The notes under the pieces are model-generated. The model did not search any database. It was not told the DNA's origin and saw only the letters and a program-made list of their open reading frames with translations. From the NCBI GenBank assembly GCA_965199495.1, contig CBDASK010000003.1, forward strand, positions 2,208,001 to 2,272,000: a DNA stretch of 64,000 bases, in the 5' to 3' direction. This stretch comes from Abditibacterium sp. (GTDB taxonomy: Bacteria > Armatimonadota > Abditibacteriia > Abditibacteriales > Abditibacteriaceae). This document shows, piece after piece, positions 1 to 9,414 of the stretch; the stretch's first letter is position 1; each line of letters opens with the position of its first letter. A program made the translations under genes and the position numbers.

Positions 1-1
1 C

Positions 2-163
2 AACATCGCGCGCAACGTGATGGGCTTGATGCCGCATCCCGAAGCCGCATCCGAAGCGATTTTGGGTAATGTGGATGGATTATTGATTTTTCAGGGTATG
101 GTCACAGCGATGGATCCGACGCGCGCCCGCACGGCAGATTTGAATCCGACGATGGCGCTTTAA
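2..163 (+). CDS. purQ: FGAM synthase glutaminase subunit, C-terminal fragment (5' end outside window)
   Basis: Frame 2 reads NIARNVMGLMPHPEAASEAILGNVDG...*; contains the GLMPHPE motif and lies upstream of purL. Confidence 0.9.
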   Translation, partial: NIARNVMGLMPHPEAASEAILGNVDGLLIFQGMVTAMDPTRARTADLNPTMAL

Positions 164-195
164 ATTTGTAAATTGGCTCATTTGAATAACGTTTG

Positions 196-283
196 AACAG
201 AACCCAGAGCGGAAGCGACGCGGCTAACTATGACTCGCTGGAGTGTGCAAGTTAGCCGTGTCGCTTCCGCTCTGGGTTCTGTT
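196..283. repeat. Inverted-repeat element, family A (34-bp arms)
   Basis: aacagaacccagagcggaagcgacgcggctaact at 196-229 matches the reverse complement at 250-283 with 1 mismatch; second copy at 21634-21720. Confidence 0.9.
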
Positions 284-305
284 GTTTCTCGACTTAATTT
301 ATTTG

Positions 306-710
306 ATGATTTACCTGCTCAAAACCGAACCTTTGGTTTATTCCTACGACGATTTGGAACGCGACGGCCAAACGATGTGGGATGGCGTCACCAACAATCT
401 GGCGCTGAAATATCTGCGCGAGGTGAAAACTGGCGATACGGCGCTGATTTATCATACGGGCGATGAACGCCGCATCGTCGGCGTGGCTGCTGTTGTGCGC
501 GGCTTTTACGTCAATCCTGAATTGGACGACGACAAGCTCGCGGTTTGCGATGTGAAAGCGCAAAAGCGTTTGAAAACACCCGTTACATTAGCGCGAATCA
601 AAACCGAGCCGAAGTTGAAAGATTGGGCGTTGGTGCGCAATTCGCGGTTGTCGGTCGTGCCGGTTTCGGATGAAGAATGGCAAACTGTGCAGCAGTTAAT
701 GGAAGAATAA
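306..710 (+). CDS. EVE domain protein (PUA-like)
   Basis: MIYLLKTEP..YS..DL..DG.T.WDGV.N..A...L...K.GD...IYH pattern; ATG at 306. Confidence 0.88.
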   Translation: MIYLLKTEPLVYSYDDLERDGQTMWDGVTNNLALKYLREVKTGDTALIYHTGDERRIVGVAAVVRGFYVNPELDDDKLAVCDVKAQKRLKTPVTLARIKTEPKLKDWALVRNSRLSVVPVSDEEWQTVQQLMEE

Positions 711-800
711 TATGGCTGCGGTTATCCCCGACATTGTGGGTTTGAAGCCAAAGGTGCCCCGCGTGTGTTAAACCAAGATGCACAACGGTAAACCTAACTC

Positions 801-3059
801 ATGCTCGAAAAAGCCCTTGCCCTCGGAATGACTGAGGCCGAATACAAACGCGTCACCGAAATTCTCGACCGCGAACCGACAACGACCGAACTCGCGATGT
901 ATTCGGTCGAGTGGAGCGAACACTGCGGCTATCCGCGCTCTAAAAACCTGCTTTCGCTCTTGCCCAAAGACGGCCATTACGCGTCCGTGGCTGGTGCCGA
1001 TACGGGCGGCGTCGAAGTCGAGCCGGGACTGTATGTCGTCTTCAAGATGGAATCGCATAATCACCCGTCGCAAATCGAGCCGCGACAGGGAGCAGCCACC
1101 GGCATCGGCGGCATTTTGCGCGATATTTTTACGGTTGGCGCGCGTCCGATTTGCAACCTCAATTCTCTGCGCTTTGGCGATTTGACCGATGCGCAGCATG
1201 GCGCCAAAGCCCGTTATTTGTTGTCGGGCGTTGTCGAAGGCATTTCTTGGTATGGCAACTCGATGGGTGTGCCAACTGTCGGCGGCGAAGTCGGGTTTAA
1301 TTCGAGTTATCGTGGCAACTGTCTGGTCGGCGCGATGTCGGTTGGCGTTGTGAAGTCGGACGCGATTGCGTCGTCGGCGGCGCGTGGCGCGGGCAATACC
1401 GTGATGTATTATGGCAATTCGACCGGGCGCGATGGCATCGGCGGCTGTTCGGTTCTGGCATCGCACGAAATGTCCGATTTGACTCAACGCCCGACGGTAC
1501 AGGTCGGCGATCCGTATGCCGAGAAATGCTTGATGGAAGCGACCATCGAAGTTTTGCGCACGGGCGCCGTCGTTTCGATGAAAGATATGGGCGCGGCGGG
1601 TTTGACCTGCACTTCGTGCGAACAAGCCGCCGATGGCATCGCGCAAACCGGCGGGAACGTCGGCATGGACATTGACTTGGACAAAGTGCCTTTGCGCGAG
1701 GCCGATATGGAAGCGTTCGAGATCATGATGAGCGAGTCGCAGGAACGTATGCTCGGCGTTGTGGTAAAAGGGCGCGAGCAGGAAGTCATTGATATTTTCC
1801 AGAAGTGGAACACGCGCGCGGTGCCGGTCGGCGTTGTGACCGATGACGGCAATATCACGATTCGGCGGCACGGCGAAATCGTCGGCAAAATGTCGGCGCT
1901 TTCGCTCGCCGATGCGCCGCGCTACGATTTGCCTTCGACGCAGCCGGAATATATCGCGCAGAAACACGCGTTCGATTTCGGCACAATTCCGCTTCCGTCC
2001 GATTGGGGCGAGGTTATGATGCGTTTGCTTCAAGCGCCCAATATCGCGTCGAAAGAGTGGATTTACCGGCAATACGATCATCTGGTCGGCACCAATACCG
2101 TCGTGCGGCCCGGCGAAGGCGACGCGGCGGTGTTGCGTTTGAAAGATTCTAAGTCGGGCAAAGGCATCGCGGTTAAAGCCGATTGCAACTCGCGCTACGT
2201 CTATTTGGATCCGTTTATGGGCGCGCAGATCGCCGTGGCTGAGTGCGCGCGCAACCTGATTTGTGCGGGCGCCGAACCGGCGGGCGTGACGGATTGTTTG
2301 TGCTTTGGCAATCCCGAAAAGCCCGACCGTTTCTGGGGTTTTAAAAATGCCATCGAAGGCATCGCGGCGGCGTGCCAGCATTTTCGCGTGCCGGTGGTTT
2401 CAGGCAACGTTTCGCTTTATAATGAGACGCCCGAAAGCGCGATTCATCCGTCGCCGCTCATCGGCATGATTGGCGTGTTGCAGGACGTGACCAAAAGCAT
2501 GGGCATGGGTTTTCGTGATAGCGGCGATGTCGTGGTTTTGTTGGGCGAAAGTCGGGATGAACTGGGCGGCAGCGAGTATCTTTATGTCGAACACGGTTTG
2601 GAAGAAGGCGCGCCGCCGCAACTCGATTTGCAGCGCGAACTCAATGTGCATCGTTTGACGTTGGCTTCGATTCGGCGCGGCTTGGTCAAATCGGCGCACG
2701 ATTGCAGCGATGGCGGACTGGCCGTCGCGCTCGCCGAAAGTTGTATCGTCGGCGAAATCGGCGCCTCGATTGAATTGCCGCCCGAAGTGGAAGCCACGGC
2801 GAACACGCGTTTGGACGCGGTGTTGTGGGGCGAATCGCAAAGTCGCGTCGTGGTGAGTTGCACGCGCGAGAACTTGGCGGAACTGCGGCGCATGGCGAAA
2901 ATCGCGCGTGTGCCGCTTAGTGAGTTAGGCATCGTCGGCGGCGAAAATTTCATCGTCGGCGATAACCGTGCCGGAGTTTTGCATCCGCTCTTTTCGCTTC
3001 CGGTTGCCGACATCATCAGCGCCTATCGCGGCGCAATCGGGCGCATCATGAGCAAATAG
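801..3059 (+). CDS. purL: FGAM synthase subunit PurL (small form)
   Basis: WSEHCGY, KMESHNHPS, GGILRDIF, DMGAAGL, SESQERM, SGNVSLYNE and HDCSDGGL motifs. Confidence 0.97.
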   Translation: MLEKALALGMTEAEYKRVTEILDREPTTTELAMYSVEWSEHCGYPRSKNLLSLLPKDGHYASVAGADTGGVEVEPGLYVVFKMESHNHPSQIEPRQGAATGIGGILRDIFTVGARPICNLNSLRFGDLTDAQHGAKARYLLSGVVEGISWYGNSMGVPTVGGEVGFNSSYRGNCLVGAMSVGVVKSDAIASSAARGAGNTVMYYGNSTGRDGIGGCSVLASHEMSDLTQRPTVQVGDPYAEKCLMEATIEVLRTGAVVSMKDMGAAGLTCTSCEQAADGIAQTGGNVGMDIDLDKVPLREADMEAFEIMMSESQERMLGVVVKGREQEVIDIFQKWNTRAVPVGVVTDDGNITIRRHGEIVGKMSALSLADAPRYDLPSTQPEYIAQKHAFDFGTIPLPSDWGEVMMRLLQAPNIASKEWIYRQYDHLVGTNTVVRPGEGDAAVLRLKDSKSGKGIAVKADCNSRYVYLDPFMGAQIAVAECARNLICAGAEPAGVTDCLCFGNPEKPDRFWGFKNAIEGIAAACQHFRVPVVSGNVSLYNETPESAIHPSPLIGMIGVLQDVTKSMGMGFRDSGDVVVLLGESRDELGGSEYLYVEHGLEEGAPPQLDLQRELNVHRLTLASIRRGLVKSAHDCSDGGLAVALAESCIVGEIGASIELPPEVEATANTRLDAVLWGESQSRVVVSCTRENLAELRRMAKIARVPLSELGIVGGENFIVGDNRAGVLHPLFSLPVADIISAYRGAIGRIMSK

Positions 3060-3090
3060 GTTGCGGATGTCGGAAATCCAATAATCCTTT

Positions 3091-3117
3091 GAACTTTGTG
3101 TTTTGCCGTCCGTCCAA
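3091..3117 (+). promoter_or_regulatory. Putative ECF-sigma promoter (GAACTT-N14-CGTC)
   Basis: gaactt tgtgttttgccgtc cgtc caa; same pattern at 32286 and 33772. Confidence 0.5.
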
Positions 3118-3160
3118 TCCCTATTGAATACGCGATGTGTAACGCGTATTGGGAAAAGAA

Positions 3161-3460
3161 ATGATGTTAACTCGATTTATTATTCTGGCTGGCGTGTTGC
3201 TCGTCATCGGCGTTTACGCTCCGGCGCGCGCGATGGTGGTCGGCGCCGTGGCTGCCTCGGCGCCGACCGTGTTGGACGCGGGCGTGGCTGACAAGAAAGA
3301 TGGCGGCGACGTGCCGCGCCCGCGCCCGACGCCCGGCCCCAAAGATCAGGTCATGACTTTAATCGGTTTCAACTTCGGCGCGAGCGAACAGAAGAAAGCC
3401 GATACGCCGCCGCGTCCGCGCCCCAAACCCGGCCCTAAAGAGGGCGGCGAAGACGAGTAG
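3161..3460 (+). CDS. Small secreted proline-rich protein with two PRPRPxPGPK repeats
   Basis: Signal-peptide-like N-terminus ending ARA; DVPRPRPTPGPKD and DTPPRPRPKPGPKE; has its own terminator. Confidence 0.75.
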   Translation: MMLTRFIILAGVLLVIGVYAPARAMVVGAVAASAPTVLDAGVADKKDGGDVPRPRPTPGPKDQVMTLIGFNFGASEQKKADTPPRPRPKPGPKEGGEDE

Positions 3461-3479
3461 CCCGATTTTTAGCAACACC

Positions 3480-3512
3480 AAAGCCGTCGCATATTTTATG
3501 CGACGGCTTTTT
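3480..3512 (+). terminator. Intrinsic terminator
   Basis: aaagccgtcgcata...tatgcgacggc followed by T-run. Confidence 0.8.
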
Positions 3513-3667
3513 GTCGTTCATCGGGATGCTCAGTGACCGCTCACGGTGTTTGCAGTTATCCTGCTTTTCGGTGCGCGTTTTCAATTGCGTGAGGGTGCCA
3601 AAAATGAGATAATTAGAAGAACGAATTCTTCGTGTCTGAAAAGCGAAGAATTTTACTTTTTCTTTTC

Positions 3668-5584
3668 ATGTCACGTTTTTCTCTGCGTCCGATGGGACTT
3701 TTTCTGGTTGCGGGCGCGCTGTTGGTGCCCGGTTTTAGTCGTCATGCTCAAGCGCAAAATAAACTGCCACGCATGGCGGCGGTAGCGAATAACCTAATCA
3801 GGGTGGGCGTATCAGAGCGCGTGACGTTGCCGTTTGCGGCGGTCTCGCGCATTATTATCGAGGACGACGAAACCGCGCGCGCCTATTTTGCCGGTGGAAA
3901 CGTCATTGTCGAAGGTTTGCGTCAGGGCAGCACCACGGTCGAGGTTTACCAATCCGACGGCACGCCCAAATTGTTGACGATTCAAGTTGGAGAATCCAAT
4001 TCGGGCGGTCAAAAGCCCATCACGCCCGTCCCGCTTTCTATGGGCGCCTCTTCCTTGCCCGCGCCAACGGTGAACAACACACCGGGCGCCGCTTTGCCTA
4101 CATCGCCCGCGCCGACGGCAGCAGCCACGCCGGTGCCCTACGCGTTGGCGGCGATTACGCCGTCGCAATCGCAATTGGGCGTCACGCTGGCTGCGGGGCC
4201 GGTTGTGGGCACCTCGCAGACGCAGTTCACCGTGCGTTATTCCAATCCCGGCACCGACGCCGCCAACAACGCCATCGTGCGCTATGCGCTCGATGACCGG
4301 GTTTCCTACGTCACCGATTCGGCCTCCAACGGCGGCGTTTACGATGCGTCGCGCCGCGAAGTCTCCTGGAATCTGGGCGCGGTCAAAGCGGGCGAATCGG
4401 GCAAAGTGACGCTTCGCATCGAACCCATTGATAGTGGGCGCAGTTTGAGTTTCGATTCGGTCGCCACCATCGAGGATGGCGGTGGCGGCCCGGTGACTTC
4501 GGCGACGCTGGCTTACTCGACGGCGGTGACGCCGCTTTTGACGATCTTCGCCCTCCCCGACCGTTTTTTAGCGGGCAAAAATGGGACGCCTCTGACCGAT
4601 GTGCGCGGCTCCGAATTTCAGATGGCGGTTGATCGGCTCGCGCATATCGGCATCGTGCAGGGCGATCCGAGCGGATTATACCGCCCCAAAGACCCGACGC
4701 AGCGCGCCGAATATGCAGTCATGACGCTACGCGGGCTGAACCTGAACAATCTGCGCGACCTCACTCAGCTCAAGTTCGTTTTGGGGCGCGCCTCGACCGT
4801 AAATTTGAGTATTGCTGATGAATCCGGGCGCACCGTGGCGACTCTGACGCGCAACACTTCGCTTGAGGCGGGCGAGCATACCGTGATGTGGGACGGGCGC
4901 TCCGATGACGGAAAGTTCGTGGCGCCGGGACGCTATATCTATACCTGCACCGCGCGCGACGAGCGAGGCGAAGCGACCACGCTCAAGAGTAGTGTGACGC
5001 TGGTTTCGCCCGATCCGATTAAGGCCGATGGCAAGCCGAGTTTCGTGGATGTCAAGGCGACCGATTGGTATGCCGGGTATCTGGCGCTGGGCGAAAATCA
5101 GGGGTTGTTGCAGGGCTTTCCCGATAACACATTTCGACCGCGTAAACCGATTTCGCGCGTCGAAGCGGCGGCGATTGTGGTGCGCGCGCTGGGGCTTGCG
5201 GGCGCCGCCAAAGAATGGGCCGACAAAAACGTCGGTTTCGCCGATTACGACAAAATTCCCGATTGGGGCAAAGGCGTCGTCAACGCCACTACGATGCTGA
5301 CCAAAACTTCCAACGGCCAGCCGATTATGCGCGGCACCAAAGAGAATAACTTCGAGCCAAACGTCGCGCTGCGCCGCGATCAGGCGGCGTTGGTAGTGCA
5401 GCGCATCATTGACCGCGAAACCACGCGTAGCGTCTCGGTTTCGGGCGCCATCACGCCCGGCGCCATCGTCAGCATCAACTCCAAACCCGTCGAAGCCGAC
5501 GATCAGGGCCGCTTCGGTTTCTCGTTCGATTTGAATACGTCATTGCCCACGACAGTCGCCGTGGTTGATACGCGTAGTCGGTAA
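3668..5584 (+). CDS. Exported multidomain surface protein (pilus-secretin N-terminal-like, DUF11-like, SLH, FlgD-Ig-like, SLH)
   Basis: Signal peptide AQA; VIVEGLRQGSTTVEV segment; Pro/Thr linker; SLH motifs (G..Y/FRP..P..RAE/RVE); GEHTVMWDGR...GKFVAPGRYIY Ig-like segment. Confidence 0.75.
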   Translation: MSRFSLRPMGLFLVAGALLVPGFSRHAQAQNKLPRMAAVANNLIRVGVSERVTLPFAAVSRIIIEDDETARAYFAGGNVIVEGLRQGSTTVEVYQSDGTPKLLTIQVGESNSGGQKPITPVPLSMGASSLPAPTVNNTPGAALPTSPAPTAAATPVPYALAAITPSQSQLGVTLAAGPVVGTSQTQFTVRYSNPGTDAANNAIVRYALDDRVSYVTDSASNGGVYDASRREVSWNLGAVKAGESGKVTLRIEPIDSGRSLSFDSVATIEDGGGGPVTSATLAYSTAVTPLLTIFALPDRFLAGKNGTPLTDVRGSEFQMAVDRLAHIGIVQGDPSGLYRPKDPTQRAEYAVMTLRGLNLNNLRDLTQLKFVLGRASTVNLSIADESGRTVATLTRNTSLEAGEHTVMWDGRSDDGKFVAPGRYIYTCTARDERGEATTLKSSVTLVSPDPIKADGKPSFVDVKATDWYAGYLALGENQGLLQGFPDNTFRPRKPISRVEAAAIVVRALGLAGAAKEWADKNVGFADYDKIPDWGKGVVNATTMLTKTSNGQPIMRGTKENNFEPNVALRRDQAALVVQRIIDRETTRSVSVSGAITPGAIVSINSKPVEADDQGRFGFSFDLNTSLPTTVAVVDTRSR

Positions 5585-5659
5585 GAGACTACCGAAAATA
5601 AAATTGAGAAGAGGTTCTAAATGGGCAACGAACCCAAAGAGCTGACCGCCTTCTGGCGG

Positions 5660-6631
5660 TCAGCTCTTTGGGTTTTCGGCTTCAGTACTCGCAATCTTCT
5701 CCTCGCGTTTCCGAATAAACAAAACGCCCGGCAAGCTCGCCAGCCACACCGTCGCTTGCCACAACAACGACCAACCGACGACCGCGCCGACGGAAACCGG
5801 CCAGTCGCGTAGCAGAGCCACGGCGGCGGCCTCACGCACGCCCAAGCCGCCGATGCCCGCTGGAATCAGGCCCGACAGCGATAAAAGCGGCCCCAACCAC
5901 CAGAAGATGCGCGCGGGCAAATCCAATCCGCTCGCCCACGCCAAAGCGATGTTGAGCAATACCTGCGACACCTGAAACAAAAGCGAAAGCGCCATCGCCT
6001 GCGCCATGACCGCGCGATGTTGTGAGCGCGCGTAAAACGCGAGCGCGCTTTGCAAACGCGCGATTTTCGGATGGTTGATGCGGCTTAAAATCCAGCACAA
6101 AGCGCCCAGCACGACGAAAATCGCGAGCGCAATCGCCAGCGTTTGCCAGCCCTGTGCTGAGGCGCCGCGCAGCAAAAGCGCGCCCGCCGCGATAATTAAC
6201 AACGCCGCGAAACCGGTTAATCGTTCGACGGCGATTGAAGCGAGCGCGTCGGCGCGGCCCAAGTTGGGAGCGCTTTTAATGACTAATGTCGCGCGCAAAG
6301 CGTCGCCGCCGACGTTGGTTGGGAGCCACAAATTGCCGAACATGCCCGCCGCGTAAATGCGACAACACTGCGCCAGCGAAACATCGGTGCCGCGCGCGCG
6401 CAGCAAAAGTTGCCATTTGTAGGCGCTCAGAATTTGTCCGGCCCAGTAGAAAGCGACGGCGCCCAAAATGACCCAGAACGGAATGGAGCGCAGCGTGTGC
6501 GCGACCTGCGTCGCGGCGTCGCGGCGACCCAGCAACAGCGCGACAATCGCGGCGCCGATGACGACTCGGAGCGCCCATTTCCACGGCGCGGCGCGTCCGG
6601 CTGGGGCGGACTGAGAGGATTTGTCCGTCAT
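5660..6631 (-). CDS. Lysylphosphatidylglycerol synthase TM-domain / UPF0104 flippase-like membrane protein
   Basis: FGNLWLPTNVGGDALR, VERLTG and GIGGLGVREAA motifs; ATGA overlap with upstream gene. Confidence 0.85.
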   Translation of the reverse strand: MTDKSSQSAPAGRAAPWKWALRVVIGAAIVALLLGRRDAATQVAHTLRSIPFWVILGAVAFYWAGQILSAYKWQLLLRARGTDVSLAQCCRIYAAGMFGNLWLPTNVGGDALRATLVIKSAPNLGRADALASIAVERLTGFAALLIIAAGALLLRGASAQGWQTLAIALAIFVVLGALCWILSRINHPKIARLQSALAFYARSQHRAVMAQAMALSLLFQVSQVLLNIALAWASGLDLPARIFWWLGPLLSLSGLIPAGIGGLGVREAAAVALLRDWPVSVGAVVGWSLLWQATVWLASLPGVLFIRKREEKIASTEAENPKS

Positions 6632-8415
6632 TTTTTCGGTTGGGGCGGTGGTTCCAGTAGCGTTTTTTTGCCACGGTAGGGCGCGACGAATTCGAGCGGA
6701 ACGTTTAGATTGGCCGGGCGTGGCTGGTTGCAAAGCAGCCACTCATCGTTGTTGCGGCCCCACACGTAGAACTGCTTTTCCAGAGCGGTCGCGCCCGTGC
6801 GCAAATGTTCGGTAATCACGAAAGCCCGGCCCGGTTTTTGGAGCCACTGGCGCAACGGCCCATCACTTTTTTCCGTTGAATAATAAGGCGAAGCCGCGAC
6901 ATCGGCATCGTTTAAACCCGACGAGTTATCGAACTCGAAAAAGTGCATCGGGCGTTTGATGTAGGGAATCGTGGCGGGCACAAACGCGCGATACGACGCC
7001 ACGCGGTCGCCCGGTTGAAGTAACGTCGCCAGGTTGCGCGCCATCAAACCAGAGTTTTCGTAGTTCGCAATTGTGCCCGCCAAACTCAAAATCGCCACAA
7101 CTATCGCGCTCGCCCCAGCGCTTTGCACCGCCAACATTGTGCGCTCGTCGCGGCGCGCGGCCCAAATTATCGCGCCGCAAAATAGTGTTAATAAGCCAAC
7201 CAAAGCCCACGTCCACGGCTCGCCGACGGTGCGCGGAATAATATGATCGTCGAGCAAAACACCGGGCTTAAAGCCCCAGCTTTTGCTGACTTTATCGCGC
7301 GCCGGAATCGCGATTAGAGCGAGGATCAACGCGAAGTTCAAGAACAGATTCACGCCGACAATCGCGCGTTTCCAGCCTTGGCCCAATAGATCCCAGCGCG
7401 CGACGGCGACGCCCGCCAACAGCGAAAACGCGGGCAGGGCGGGCAAAGCGTAGGAGATGAGTTTGGTTTTCGAGACCGAAAAGAACGCGATTAAAACCAG
7501 CGCCCACACAGCCAGAAACATCTGCGCGCGCCAATTTCTATCGGCGCTTTTGTCGGCGGAGCGGCGATTCCAAAAAGCCAACCCCGGAATGAGAAACCCC
7601 GTCCACGGCATCAAACCGACGAGGATGACCGGCAAATAATAAAGCGGCGAAGTCGGATGATGATAATCTTGTTTGCCGGAAAAACGACCGAGATTTTCCT
7701 CGAAAATAAAGGTGTGCAAAAAGCCGGGGCGCTGCGCTTCGACCAACAAAAACCACGGCGCGCCCAGCAATAGAGCCACGCCCAAAGCCAACGCGAGGGC
7801 GCTCCACGGCGCGCGTTTCCATCCGCCGACGAACGTGAGGTAAACCGCCGCGAACAAGAGCGGCAACGCCACGCCAACCGGGCCTTTGGAGAGCAACGCC
7901 ATCGCCATGCCGACACCAGCCACGGCGCCCATGAGCAGACGTTTGCGGCCTCCTAACTCGCTCGCCCAGAAAATGCCGAACATCGTCAGCGCGATGGCAC
8001 TGCACAGCAACATATCGGTGTTGGCGGTGCGTCCCATCGCGATGGCGCCGATGCCGCTCGCCCACACCATCGCGCCCGCCCAACCGGTGCGCGCGTTCCA
8101 AACGCGCGTGCCCCAAATCGAAAGCAACGCCATCACCAACAACGACGCCAGCGCCGGAACCAGACGCGCGCTCCACTCGGAAACGCCAAACGCGCGAAAC
8201 GAGAGCGCCGTCGCCCAGTAAATCAATGGCGGTTTGTTCAGGCGCGCCACCGTATTGAGATGCGGCACCAACCAGTCGGACGCGCCCGCGAACGGATGGG
8301 CCATTTCGTAAGACGCCGCGACGTAGCGGCCCTCGTCGGGATTCCAAAAACCGGCGTAACCCAAATTCCAGAAAAGTAGGGCAACTGGCACCAACCACAA
8401 CAATCGTCGAAGCAT
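6628..8415 (-). CDS. ArnT-like GT-C glycosyltransferase (PMT_2/GT83)
   Basis: PDEGRY..A.YEM, NKPPLIYW, FGVSEWSARL, LSKGPVG and KTKLISYALP motifs; multi-TM. Confidence 0.88.
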   Translation of the reverse strand: MLRRLLWLVPVALLFWNLGYAGFWNPDEGRYVAASYEMAHPFAGASDWLVPHLNTVARLNKPPLIYWATALSFRAFGVSEWSARLVPALASLLVMALLSIWGTRVWNARTGWAGAMVWASGIGAIAMGRTANTDMLLCSAIALTMFGIFWASELGGRKRLLMGAVAGVGMAMALLSKGPVGVALPLLFAAVYLTFVGGWKRAPWSALALALGVALLLGAPWFLLVEAQRPGFLHTFIFEENLGRFSGKQDYHHPTSPLYYLPVILVGLMPWTGFLIPGLAFWNRRSADKSADRNWRAQMFLAVWALVLIAFFSVSKTKLISYALPALPAFSLLAGVAVARWDLLGQGWKRAIVGVNLFLNFALILALIAIPARDKVSKSWGFKPGVLLDDHIIPRTVGEPWTWALVGLLTLFCGAIIWAARRDERTMLAVQSAGASAIVVAILSLAGTIANYENSGLMARNLATLLQPGDRVASYRAFVPATIPYIKRPMHFFEFDNSSGLNDADVAASPYYSTEKSDGPLRQWLQKPGRAFVITEHLRTGATALEKQFYVWGRNNDEWLLCNQPRPANLNVPLEFVAPYRGKKTLLEPPPQPKK

Positions 8416-8502
8416 AAATGAGCTTTACAGCTTAGGGCGCCCGCGCCCGCGCTTCAAGCGCGCCCCGCCAAGTTCGGTCTTGGCGCGTTCTAAAAAATGC
8501 GT

Positions 8503-9267
8503 TCACCGCGCCAAAAATTTAACGGGATTGACCAACGGCTCGAAATCGCCGATGCGCGTCTCGACGCGGTCGCCATCGCGCAGGGCGCTCACGCCCGCCG
8601 GGGTGCCAGTCAAAATCACGTCGCCCGCTTCCAAAGTTATCGCCTGCGAAACGAACGCGATAATGCGCGCCACGCTAAACATCAGGTCACGCGTGTGGCC
8701 GTCCTGCCTCAATTCGCCGTTGACCAGACATTGCACACTCAAATTGTTGGAGTCCACATCGGTATAAATATAAGGGCCGAGCGGCGTATAAGTGTCCAAC
8801 GATTTGGCGCGCGCCCACTGCGATTCGCCGCGCTGAATCACCCGATCCGAAATGTCCTGCGCTGCCGTGAAACCCAACACGTAATCGAGAGCTTCGTCCT
8901 CTGAAATCGCTTTGCCGCGTTGGCCGATGACGACAGCCAGTTCCGATTCGTGGTCGGTGCGATGAGCGGGAAACGCGACTTCGATGGTGCCGCCGTGCGC
9001 CAACAGCGACGAGGGCGCTTTGAGCCACATTAACGGTTGCGGCGGCACTGCGTTGCCGTGTTCGGCGGCGTGATCGGCGTAGTTCAGGCCAATCGCGACG
9101 AGTTTGGAGGGAAACACCGGCGGCAGAATTTCGGCGTCATGAAGCGCGATGCTGTGCCCCGTGCGCCGGGGATTGTGGAACAAATGTTCGATGAAATGAA
9201 CCTTATCGCCTTCGATTTCGGCGTGTGCGGGCGCGTTGTCGTGCCAGAATTGTCCGTAAATGGGCAT
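8503..9267 (-). CDS. Fumarylacetoacetate hydrolase family protein
   Basis: GLNYADHAAE, DHESELAVVIG, AKSLDTYTPLGP and GDVILTGTPAGV motifs. Confidence 0.92.
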   Translation of the reverse strand: MPIYGQFWHDNAPAHAEIEGDKVHFIEHLFHNPRRTGHSIALHDAEILPPVFPSKLVAIGLNYADHAAEHGNAVPPQPLMWLKAPSSLLAHGGTIEVAFPAHRTDHESELAVVIGQRGKAISEDEALDYVLGFTAAQDISDRVIQRGESQWARAKSLDTYTPLGPYIYTDVDSNNLSVQCLVNGELRQDGHTRDLMFSVARIIAFVSQAITLEAGDVILTGTPAGVSALRDGDRVETRIGDFEPLVNPVKFLAR

Positions 9268-9414
9268 AGAAATAAATTTTACGTTAAAACTTCGAGCGCG
9301 ATGAAATTTCCCTTTCAAGATTCGGCCAACAGCCAGTGCGGTGTATGGAGGCGCGCGTTTGCGAGAGCCACGGTGTCTCCCCTATTATAATGAATTGTGG
9401 TTTTGGGAGAAAAT

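Noticed and set aside
768..2381. 537-aa minus-strand ORF and similar long antisense ORFs (19486-21210, 32452-33651, 36269-37591, 25359-26453)
   Set aside because: They fully overlap well-supported genes on the opposite strand and have no motifs; GC-rich shadow ORFs
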